From: Reclinomonas americana ATCC 50394
Lineage: Eukaryota
Direction: 5' to 3'
Length of the DNA: 64,000 nt
Assembly (NCBI GenBank): GCA_048213135.1
Contig: PS015030.1
Span: forward strand, 59,361-123,360
This document shows positions 23,699 to 56,503 of this stretch, piece after piece. A program made the position numbers and the translations under genes. The notes below the pieces were generated by a model. It saw nothing but the letters and a program-made list of their open reading frames with translations. It was not told where the DNA came from and searched no databases. How positions within the stretch are numbered: the first letter of the stretch is position 1; the number at the start of each line of letters is the position of its first letter.

Positions 23699-24958
23699 TC
23701 ACTTCTTCGTCGTCGACGACGTCAACTGTCGCTTGAGGAAGGTCGACGGATCGCCCCATCTGCGCAAACACAAGGTCGGTAACGTGCGCGTAGCGTACTG
23801 TGAGACTGTCGAGTGTGCAGCAGAGACAAACCCTTGGCATGTTGGCGAGTCTTTCCTAATCTCCGCATTGAGGTCGCCAAACACGGTGCAGTCGCCGGCC
23901 CTGGGGTTCAGCGTATCGCAGCACAGCTTGCACTGATCGAGGCACAGTGCTCGCCACGCCGGGCACGAGTACGATCGGTGCTGCCCGACCAAGCCGCGCT
24001 CGCTCGGCGCTCCTCGGCAATCCAGCGAGCTCCACGCCGCATTCTGCAACGAGCAGTACGCCACACAAGTCGCCTTGGTCGTCGACTTGTCCTCGGCAGA
24101 CACTGCGCAACGGTAAGCCCTAACTGCGCAAGAGGGTGCGACACGCACTACATAAAGAGACGCAACTGCCGCCGACGAGGGCGACCCAGTCGACCGAGTC
24201 CACCTTGGAGCTCGAGGCCTTCTTCGTCGTGTGCACAATCGTGGTCGTGGCCGCCGGCTTGAGCGAGGTCGCCATGGGCGCAGCGAGCGGCGCCGGTGCC
24301 GTGGTCGATGTCGACGCGGCAGACGATGACGTCGTCGTCGCTGATGGCAACTGCGTGACTGGCACAGTTATTGCCGACATGCCCGTGGACCACGACGCCT
24401 AATGTTGTCACAACAATATGAGTGCGCTGCTCTGCCACCCGTCACACACTCTCTCGCTCTCTCGCTGCACAGCTGTGCTCTGACTGCGTGCGCGCTCTGA
24501 CCTTTGTCTGTTGCTGCTGCTGCTCCTGCTGTTGTGGTGCGGGTGGTGGCGCCTCCTGTGGCTGCTCCTGCTGCTGCTGCTGCTGCTGCTGTGGTGGTGT
24601 GGGTGGTGCAGCACTCACGTTCTCACACGCAGGATCGTCGCTGTCCTCCGCACACTCGCTCGGTGCTGCGTGGCCGCCATTGCTCTTGTTTGTTGTTGTT
24701 GTTGTTCACAACATCTTGATCAGTAGTGGTCTCGGCGGCACGCGCCTGCGGCGGTGTCGACGGCGGTGCGACCTCCAGACCGCTCTTGCGCACAGTTGTC
24801 GTGGGTGAGCCACTAGCACTGCCACCTGCGCCACTGCTGCCGCCTGCGCCGCCACCTGCGGCCGGAGACGCAGAGGGCGGGGTCGTGGCCACGGCCAGTA
24901 GGCACGCCGACATGGCCATGATCAGCAGCGCGGCCACCACCGCGTTGCGCATCATCAT
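23699..24958 (-). CDS. Secreted Ser/Thr/Pro/Gln-rich (mucin-like) protein with a C-terminal Cys-rich domain; apparent 1-nt frameshift near 24690
   Basis: Signal peptide MMMRNAVVAALLIMAMSACLLAVA, S/T-rich stalk, C-terminal TCVAYC...C...CPAWRALCLDQCKLCC...C...C...C. Confidence 0.6.
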
Positions 24959-25425
24959 TTGCTGTTGATGTTGAAAGGTGGAGCGCGCGTGTGCGTGTGT
25001 GATTAAAGAGAGCGATGAAGAGAGAAAGGCGGTGGGCGGAAAACCAACTCTTTTCGTATGTCTTCTCTCCTCACTCTGCTGAAAGAAAAACCAACACAAC
25101 GAAAATTCCACTGGCAAAAAAACGGTCATCGGAAACCGAGCCGCAATAAATATTGCCCTCCNNNNNNNNNNNNNNNNNNNNTGGTTGAATCTTTTTCCCG
25201 ATTGCAGGTGCACCACCGAGCCAACGAGTGCTCAAGAGGATTTTCAGGGTGGCCGCCGTCCGAAGACAAGCAGCCGGGCAGCATGCAAGACTCAGTGAAG
25301 AGACTGCTTCCGCCAAGAACGTGCATCATCGTTGCACGAGAAACCACGGCCGGTGACAAGCATGGATTTGACTGTGTACATGTTCATAACCTCACTATTC
25401 TAGCCCACCCCCTTCCCTTTTTCAA

Positions 25426-26561
25426 TCACCGCCTCCACCACATCACCCGCACATTCGCCGGCAGTGATCCATTCGTCCGCCGTACAAACTCGAGCGCCAG
25501 CTCCGGCATCGAGGTCTGCGTCTCAATCATCCGATCGACGAGCTCCTCGGTGAGGGGCATGAAGGCCGGCAACCAGCGCTCCACCCACTCGTCGTCGCCA
25601 ATGTCCACTTCGGTGGCCACGGTACCGGCCAGGCCGGCTCCGGGTTGCGGATCGAAGAAAATGCGCTGGCCACCGACAATCTCCACGAGGCCGTACAGCA
25701 CGCCATCCCACTCCACGCTGTGAAACGCCGGGTCCGGGTGCTCCCGGGTCGACTCCACTGTCGCCGGCTCCGCATTCACGTACCAAATGCCACCGTGCCG
25801 CCCCAACGACACCGTGATCCACGTCTTGCCGGAGCCGATGTCGGGTTCGTCGGGCTGCACGGCCTGGTGCGGTCCGTGGCACACAATGTAGTGCGGGTAC
25901 TGTGCGAGGAGGTTTTTGAAGAGGTGAGCCTGTCGAGCCGGCGTCAAGCGCGTCGCCTTTTGCTCCACCATGATGTCGAGTGGGTGGGCCAGTAGGCGCA
26001 GCAGCTTGATTTGCAGCGCCTCGAGTTCGTCGGCGGCCAGGAACTTCCAGCTCCCGTCCCACATGGCGTGCAGCCAGCCCATGAGTGTGTTCTGCTCGTC
26101 GTCGTTGTACAGCGGGATGTCCAGCTGCGCACCCGCAGACGGGATCCGGAGGTGAGTTCGAACATCGAAAATATTTTTTGCGCGACTTCGAATTCACTCA
26201 CCCGCTGCACAATGGCCCACAGCTCAATCGGTGTAAAGTCAAAGCCAACCGGCTGCTCCGGTAGCACCACCGTCGAAGGATCCATGGACACCGCCAGCTC
26301 ATCGTCAGGCGGCGCGCCTGACTCCTTGTGGGTGTCCTCCAGAACTTGGCGCACGAGAAGCTGGCGCACGCGGCGCGGCGGCATCTCATTCACCGCCGGC
26401 TCTACCTCCTCCAGACGCTTCTTGTCGAGAGTGTGAGGCCCCGTAACCAGGGTGACGCTCGACGGGATCAGGCTCATCTCGCTGCGCTCAGTCGCCTGCT
26501 GCAGTGATTCGAATTCTCCTGTCGCGACAACCACGGTGCGGTCGCGAAGGTCTGTCGACAT
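25426..26561 (-). CDS. Hypothetical protein (two exons, roughly 350 aa)
   Basis: Two GC-rich ORFs joined by a GTGAGT...CAG intron (~26201-26125): ...ELWAIVQR / LDIPLYNDDEQNTLMGWLH...VMWWRR*. No family recognised. Confidence 0.65.
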
Positions 26562-27203
26562 GTCCAGCACTTGCCAGTGTCTTTGTATTTGCGAGGGATG
26601 CTGTAGAAAGAGACGGTTCTGCTGCCTGCAGCTCTGCAAAAGAGGAGAGCAGCGAACACGAAGTCGAGGAAATCATGAATCTTGATCTTGTCTCCTTCTC
26701 CCTCCTTGTCGGTTCGCTTCTGTTGGCTTCTTCTCTCTGGTCAGCACTCTGCCTGTGATGATCACCCTCCAAAAGCCTCTGCAGCTGATATCCGAACGCG
26801 GATCCGGCCGCGGACGTGCCCGCGATAATCGTGATCGCGATCGTTACGATATCCAGCACGCAGTTTCGCAATCCGGATCCTGTGCGTTCGATGTGGCGCC
26901 CTCGCACCAGTATAGTCCTTCTCCCCGGCGCCTTCTTGCGCCTTGTAGCCTGTGGGGTTCGAAATCACACTAGCCGCTGAGCGATAAGTTCGGATTGGGA
27001 TCAAGTTACACGTGCACCCGTACTGCTCTCTCTCTCTCTCTCTCTCTCCCTCTCACTTTCTCTCACGCACGCACACCTCAATAGTCACTCCTGCACGTTG
27101 GTCCCCAATGCATTGCGCGCTCGCTCGCCACTCAACATTTTCGACCGTTACATCTTGGCGCGAAAACTTCTCTATTTCTTGTGTGTGGAGAGAAGGTGAT
27201 CAC

Positions 27204-28424
27204 ATGCTGCGATCGTGGTTTACCTCGCACGCACTTGCGTTGCTTCTGCTTTCGGTACTCGTGTGCTGCACTGCAGTGCACGCAGCGTACGTCTACGAGG
27301 ACGAGAGTTGCGAGAGAAGCAGTTTCTTCTTTTGCTCACACTCACTCTCTCTCACTCTCTCTCACTCTCTCTCCCTCTCTCACCGCAGACGAGACACTGG
27401 TGCGCGGCTCCTTGTTGCGTCCACTCTTCTCCTCTCCCCTCCTCACCTCTGTGACGCTGTCACTGACTCCCTGTGTGTGCACAGTGCCGATGAGTTGTTT
27501 GCCGAAGAGTTTCGCGCGCGCGATGGTGTATCAGTGCGTGCGTTTGGGTGCAACGACTCATCATATTCGTCTCTCGCGTGTACAGGGCTCTGCCGAAGAT
27601 CTTGACCAGCCCCTTCCGCACGTTCACTGGCGCCAACAACAGCCCGTCGGGTCCCTATGGCGTCTCCAGCACCCCGCAAAGTCGCATCCTCCCTCCTCTC
27701 TACAAGGACGGCATTGGGCAGCCACGCGACGGACCCAACCCGGTGAGACGCTGTTTCATCTTGCCTCTCTCTCTCTCNNNNNNNNNNNNNNNNNNNNNNN
27801 NNNNNNNNNNNNNNNNNNNNNNNNNNNNNNNNNNNNNNNNNNNNNNNNNNNNNNNNNNNNNNNNNNNNNNNNNNNNNNNNNNNNNNNNNNNNNNNNNNNN
27901 NNNNNNNNNNNNNNNNNNNNNNNNNNNNNNNNNNNNNNNNNNNNNNNNNNNNNNNNNNNNNNNNNNNNNNNNNNNNNNNNNNNNNNNNNNNNNNNNNNNN
28001 NNNNNNNNNNNNNNNNNNNNNNNNNNNNNNNNNNNNNNNNNNNNNNNNNNNNNNNNNNNNNNNNNNNNNNNNNNNNNNNNNNNNNNNNNNNNNNNNNNNN
28101 NNNNNNNNNNNNNNNNNNNNNNNNNNNNNNNNNNNNNNNNNNNNNNNNNNNNNNNNNNNNNNNNNNNNNNNNNNNNNNNNNNNNNNNNNNNNNNNNNNNN
28201 NNNNNNNNNNNNNNNNNNNNNNNNNNNNNNNNNNNNNNNNNNNNNNNNNNNNNNNNNNNNNNNNNNNNNNNNNNNNNNNNNNNNNNNNNNNNNNNNNNNN
28301 NNNNNNNNNNNNNNNNNNNNNNNNNNNNNNNNNNNNNCTCGTCCTCCGTCCGTACGACGACGGTACGACGTACGGTACGGAGACGACGACGACGACGACC
28401 GACGTACGTACGTACGTCGTTCTT

Positions 28425-28472
<48 letters not shown>

Positions 28473-31344
28473 TGGCGTTGTGGGTCCTGACGCGCACTTG
28501 GATTGATTTATGCAGCGCGCTATCAGCAACGCTGTCTCTGCACAGTCGTACAACACAGAGAACGAGTTGAGCGCCAGTGACTGGTTGTGGCAGTGGGGTG
28601 AGTATCCCTGCACAAACTCCCCCTCTATTCCTTGTCCCTCACTCGCACTGACCGACGTCGTCTTCGTTAGGTCAATTCATCGACCGTTGCGCGATGCGTT
28701 GTGTGTCTTTTCACCGGCTGGTCGTGCACTCAATTCCCTTCTTCCATTCATCATCGCAGATGACATGACGTTGACACCCGACGACCCAAACATGCCGCTG
28801 CCGATCCCGATCCCGGCCGGTGATCCGATTTTCGATCCGCAGTTGCGCCTGCCTTGCAGGCTGACGTGAAAGCGTGCGACTGTCTCTAATGCTCGTGGTG
28901 TGACACGCACAGGAACACTGGCACCAAGTTCATCGCCTTCAACCGCAGCGTGTTTGCCTCCGGCACTGGCGTGAGCAGCTCGGCGCCTCGTGTTCCGGTG
29001 CGTGCTGTCATTACTACCTCTCACTTTCATTCACCTCACTCTTGTGCTTTGCTTGCAGATCAACAAGCTCACTGCCTTCCTCGACGCGAGCATGGTCTAC
29101 GGCTCGGATGATGCTCGCGCTGCTGGTATATGTGCTACTTGACGGCGTCGATGCTCCTTGTCTTCGTCTCACACGCTTCGGCACAGCTCTGCGAACTGGC
29201 TACGACGGCCTGCTCAAGACATCGTCTGGCCCCGACGGCGACTACCTGCCGTTCAACACTGGCGGTATGCTCCCCCAAACCCGTCCCTTGTCTTTTCTCT
29301 GTCTTCATGTGCTCACGAACTGAGGTTGTCGCAGGTCTTGCCAACGCTCCCGATGGCGGCAAGAACCCCAACATGTACGTCGCTGGCGATATTCGCCCGA
29401 ACGAGCAGGTGCCGTCGTCGTAAGAACCCACTTATTGTGATGAAGTGTACCTCCCTCTCACCTCGAGTGTGCAGATTGGACTGCTGGCGGTGCACATCCT
29501 GTTTGTGCGTGAGCACAATCGCCTGGCTCGTGCCCTGAAGAAGGCGGTGAGCAGTACCCACCAATCTTGTTGCTCTTTTCTGTCAACACTTTCTCGCTCT
29601 TTTGCCCACGTAGCTTTGCGCCTTTATTCTCATTTCGTCTCTCATTATCTCTATCTCTCGCTATGTTCTCACGCCTTTGTTGTCATGGCGAGTCCTCACG
29701 TTTGTTGTTTCTTCTTTACTCTGTGGGCAGCACCCGGAGTGGAACGACGAGACTCTGTTCCAGAGTTGAGTTCGTGCTTGTCAGTCCCGAACGGAGTTTA
29801 TTGTACTCATTTCCTGCACCAACTTGCAGCCGCTCGTGCCATTGTCGGTGCCGAGATCCAGATCATTAGCTGTGCGTCTGCGTCACTTTCGTACGAGCAC
29901 CACAATGATGGTTCACTTACGACATTTTTCTGTGCAGACAAGGAGTTCCTGCCACTGATCCTGGGTCCGAAGCCCTTGCCTCCGTACGCTGGCTACATGC
30001 CCGGCGTCAATCCAAGGTGGGTCGCGCCACTAGTCGAGTCGGCAAGTTGTCGTCCACTCGTCATTCTCATGCATTCTCTCACAGCATATCGGTTCTTTTC
30101 TCCACTGCCGCCTTCCGCCTGGTGCGTTGTTGTCCATGGCTGTTATGACATGCCTTGTGTCCTCTCTCACACTGTCTGCTCGTGTAGGGCCACACAATGA
30201 TCTCGGCAAACATTCTGCGCGTCGACTCGTACTTGAAGCCCATCTCGTATGGTCCTCTGCCGATTCGCCGATCGTTCTTCAATCCGAGCATCCTCGCCAA
30301 GGAGGGCGGCTTGGATCCTGTGCTGCGTGGTCTTGCAGTCCAGCGGGTACGTTGATCATAAAGCTCGACCTCCATTCGTGCCGGATTCTCACATTCTCGA
30401 GTGGACTTGATGCGGATACACAGGCCCAGCGCCTCGATCTACAGTTTGTCGACGACAGTGCGTACTCCGCCTTATCATTCGCCAACACCATGTAGTACGA
30501 GTGACTTACTATTGTTGTTGTTGTTATGCATGCAGTTCGCAACCTGCTCTTCAAAGAGATGAATGCGTTGCGTGGATATGCGACGTTTGTCACGCTCACC
30601 GCATCGCATGTTGTACTCACACGCGGTTATCTGTGCTGTGCGCAGTCAGGCGGATCTCATGGCTCTGAACATTCAGCGCGGTCGCGACCATGGTGCGTTC
30701 TTTTCCCATAACTCATTCTTCCCGTTTCTGCTCCTCATGCCAATTTCACAGGTCTTCCCACGTACAACTTCTTCCGCTGGGCGTACGGTCTGCCGGTGCC
30801 GAAGAGCTTTAACGACGTTGCGTCCATCACCCCGCTTCACCTTCACGGCCGTCACTCCTGACGGTGATTGCTGGGCAGGTGACGAGCGACCCTGCTGTGG
30901 CGGCGCGTCTGGCCTCGGTCTACGCGACGGTGGACGACATTGATGTGATTGTCGGTGGTCTGGCTGAGGACCACATTGCAGGCGGCATGGTCGGACCGCT
31001 GTTCCAAGCGATTTTGTTGCGTTGTTTGCGGGCAGCAGCAAGACGGTCTCTTGCGTTGTGCTTCTGACCCGGTTTTATGTTTTGGTTCTCGCCACGGCGC
31101 AGGCGCGATCAGTTCCAGCGTCTGCGCGACGGCGATCGGTGGGTGCAACAGAGAACACAGCAGCGACGTTCTATCGACTGTGGAACTCACCGTCACTCCT
31201 CTCTCCCGCAGCTTCTGGTACCAGCGTGTGTTTGGCGGCAAGTTCCTCGCGCAGCTGGAGACCATTCGCCTCTCCACCATCATTCGCCTCAACAGCAGCA
31301 TCGGCAACGAAATCGACGACAACGTCTTCGTCTGGAAGAACTAA
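27204..31344 (+). CDS. Secreted heme peroxidase, peroxidase-cyclooxygenase (An_peroxidase) superfamily, ~24 exons
   Basis: Signal peptide; FRTFTGANN, WQWGQFIDHD, INKLTAFLDASMVYGS, AGDIRPNEQ, FVREHNRLA, AFRLGHT, DLMALNIQRGRDHGLP, QFQRLRDGDRFWY. The first three junctions are uncertain. Confidence 0.95.
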
Positions 31345-31507
31345 CACCCGCAAGTGCCTGTCAATGCGCCTTGCTGTCTGCTCTCTACCCTCTGTGTCTC
31401 TCCTCACGTGCGCACGCCCCCTGTGTATGTCACGTAATGAATTTGGAGCCGGATGGGACAACTCTTTCATCGTCACTCACCACACTCTCTCGTGTGTTGA
31501 AACACGC

Positions 31508-31976
31508 ATGGAGCGCCTCATTGCACACGTGTGTGACACCACCTGCAGTCGCCACTACGCCGCCTTTTCTGCGTGCGTGGACACGTGCTACATCGCCTCC
31601 CTCTCATTGCCGCCCGCACATGCCGCTCGCGAGCCGAGTCAGGCCTGTCGCAAACAGCTCGCCGACATGCAACACTGCATCTCCACGAGGTGCGCGCGCA
31701 CGTTGCGTGTGTGTGAGTGATCACTGATGTCGTCACTCAAGTGCATGTCTCCCCACTCGCAAGACTCGTCAAGCTGGAGCGCATGTGCAAGGAATCGTCG
31801 AAGCGACTTGCCGACTGCCTCGATCGCAATGGTCTCTCTCTCTTTCCCTCATTCTCCCCCCTCCCGCCCGCTCACTGCGCATGCTTTACACAGGGAACAA
31901 CGACGCTCCCTGCGCACAATCGATGGAGCTCTTTGTCACGTGTGCGCTGAGCATGTCGACACAAAAGCACGACTAG
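31508..31976 (+). CDS. Four-CX9C mitochondrial intermembrane-space protein (CHCHD5/Mix14-like)
   Basis: Four CX9C motifs over three exons: CSRHYAAFSAC, CRKQLADMQHC, CKESSKRLADC, CAQSMELFVTC. Confidence 0.75.
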
Positions 31977-33366
31977 TCGTTTTTAATGAGCGACTTGCGC
32001 GGGCGTGTTCGTCTCCGCGTTGCCGGCCGCACGCTCCCCTTCACTTTGTCCTCTACTGCTGCTGCTGCTGCTGCTGCATTGGACTCACTCGGTGTAGGGG
32101 AAGAACCGCTTGCTCTCTTCCTCCGAGCACTCGTCTTCGTCGTCGTAGCAGCAGACGTCTCCTCGTGGCCGCGTAATACAGCTGTGCTTGCTCCCATCTT
32201 CCCCTCCAAGCCTGCTCCACTGTCTTCTGTGGCTGCTGCTGCTGCTGTTGCTNNNNNNNNNNNNNNNNNNNNNNNNNNNNNNNNNNNNNNNNNNNNNNNN
32301 NNNNNNNNNNNNNNNNNNNNNNNNNNNNNNNNNNNNNNNNNNNNNNNNNNNNNNNNNNNNNNNNNNNNNNNNNNNNNNNNNNNNNNNNNNNNNNNNNNNN
32401 NNNNNNNNNNNNNNNNNNNNNNNNNNNNNNNNNNNNNNNNNNNNNNNNNNNNNNNNNNNNNNNNNNNNNNNNNNNNNNNNNNNNNNNNNNNNNNNNNNNN
32501 NNNNNNNNNNNNNNNNNNNNNNNNNNNNNNNNNNNNNNNNNNNNNNNNNNNNNNNNNNNNNNNNNNNNNNNNAGCATTCGTCAGCAGCTGCCGCACAGCC
32601 TCGACAACCATTCGCTTCTTCTTCGCCTCACTCGACACCTCCGTCAACCCTCTCCGCAGCTCCTCGGCAAAGCCGTACAAGGCCACTGCACACGCATCCG
32701 ACATGTCGTAGCTGGCGTCGGCCAACTGCACCTCACCATCACCGTCGTGGCCCTTTGCACGTCGCACCCGCGGCCACTGCACGTCGGGCACACACCGTTC
32801 CACGTGCGCATGCACTGCCTCCCATACACCACGTTTCCCACTGCTTGTCCCTCCCACCAGCGAGGCCACACTGCGCGGATGACACCACAGAGGAGGTGCC
32901 ACTGCCTGCAGCATGCGATACACGTCGAGTGTCACCATCGAGTTGAAGCGCGTCAGCTTGATCACTGTCTGCGTCGACGTGCGTCCAAACTGGAAGTTGC
33001 AGGCGCTCTCCTCCACGGCCACGTACCACGCTGGAGGCACGAGTTGGTGCTGTTGATGAGCGGCGACTTGCGAGCACACTCCCGACAACTCGACTCTCAC
33101 GCACTCGGTGAGTGCCAGCAGTCGCGCGGTCTTGGAGTCCGCCTGATCGACCATGTCGTCTGTGGAGGATGCCGAGGGCAGACGGAGGGCACCAATGCGC
33201 AGAACGCGACCTGCACGTGTGTGGGTCATTGAATAGTTGCTGTGCGATCTTGTCTCTTGTACGCTTACTAACCAGTGTGAGAGAGAATGCAGTAGCCCGT
33301 GCATCGCGTGCTCACATCGAGGCCAAGGAAGAGCGCAGAGGGCGGCAGAGCGCGCTGCCACCACAT
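31973..33366 (-). CDS. RuvC-like (RNase H fold) Holliday-junction resolvase-like nuclease with a low-complexity basic tail
   Basis: Exon 1 MWWQRALPPSALFLGLDVSTRCTGYCIL; after one intron VAVEE...TVIKLTRFNSMV...GKRGVWEAV...YDMSDACAVALYG, giving a D, E, DxxD catalytic layout. The tail frame crosses a gap. Confidence 0.8.
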
Positions 33367-33463
33367 TTACAAGAGATACAGNNNNNNNNNNNNNNNNNNN
33401 NCAGGACACCATCCTTCCTTTGTTGCTTCTCAGTGATACTTTACATTCTTTCAGCGTCTCAAC

Positions 33464-55151
<21,688 letters not shown>

Positions 55152-56503
55152 TTTGTGTGTGTGTGCGTTTTTTTGTGTCACTCTCACGCGCGCGCGTGTG
55201 TGTGCGTGTCTCTCTCCTCTCGTGCAACGAGTGTGCGTGAGAGACGAGGTGTGTGCGTGTGTGTTGTTTGCGCCCGCTCTCCCGACGCGCAACAAAGTGT
55301 GTTTTTACTTGTATTGGGGTCGAAGTCGGGTGCAAAAGACGAACACAAATATGGCGAGAACCGACTCGGTGCGTGTTCGAAGTGTATATGGTCTCTCTCT
55401 CTCTTCGTGCATGTGCTTTCCCTCCCCTCTTTCTCTCTCTTGTCCGCTTGGTCGTCGTGCATGCAGGCATGTCATGATCGCGTGCACGCGCTGCGATATC
55501 GCTCATGATCGCGGCGGCTAGAATATGCTGCCCTGTGCTGTGCGTGCGTGCTAGTGCATCTGCACGTGTCTATGATTGGTGGAGAGTGAGAGTGAGAGAG
55601 TGAGAGTAGGAGGCGGAGAGAGCAAGTGAGCTGCATTATTGTCTAAAAGATAAAGTTTCCTAATCTGGTGAGATCGTTCTTTTCTTCCTTTTTTGAATGC
55701 TGGCGGTGCTGCTGTGCTGATGTGTTGTGCTGTGCGCGCGGAATGAGGGAGTGAGGGAGTGGGGAGCGAGAGGGCGAGGGGAGGGGAAGAAAGAGAGCCG
55801 CTGTGAGACGAGACAAATCACTGTCAGATTCGTTCGCGGAGCACGCACACACTCTCTCGCGCAAGCGGGCGAGGCGGGCCTCATTGACGAGTTGCAACGC
55901 ACACGCACAATGAGAACAGAGCGAGGAGGAGGAGGATGAAGAGAAGAAGAGAACATCATGTGCTGTATTGATCATGACGCAAAACATATTTCTGGTGACG
56001 ATGATGAAGATAGAAGGGTCAGCGCTCTCCCATCAACTCACACTGGTGCATGCCATGTCACAGACAGGAAGCTTGTGTCGCCACGGAAAACTCCGCGAAT
56101 GAGTCGTCTCCCAGTGATTTTTAGCATGAAAACTCCGAGAGAGAGAGAGAGAGCAAGCGTATACGCATGCTGATACACGTGTAACACAACTGCTCGACGA
56201 CGAGAGCACTCACTCTCAACAACCCAAGCAACAGCGCTGTATCCAAATTCCAAGACAGCTGCACGACTATGAAGGAGCTCGAGTACTCGCTTCCAACCTA
56301 CGCAACATCGTTGCTGATCACGATACAAGCAGCACGACACTGCAGAGTGATAAAGAGAATTGCCGCTGAAAACACATATCAATGAGAAAGTCGAAACACT
56401 GCCGACACAAGCTCTGATGTGAAGACAAGCCCACACGCACTCCCCCCCCCTTGTGCAGCAAACATGCCCAACTGTTTCCAATTCGAATTCAATACAAGCC
56501 GCA

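Noticed and set aside
26880-27010. tRNA suggested by GGTTCGAAATC
   Set aside because: I could not build acceptor, D or anticodon stems around it.
27385-27590. Possible GC-AG or other non-canonical introns at the peroxidase 5' end
   Set aside because: The region is poorly conserved and several splice solutions exist, so it cannot be fixed without cDNA.
31973-33366. Fanzor/TnpB RNA-guided nuclease
   Set aside because: The RuvC motifs are compact and N-terminal, with no visible Zn finger, WED/REC region, transposon ends or adjacent structured RNA.
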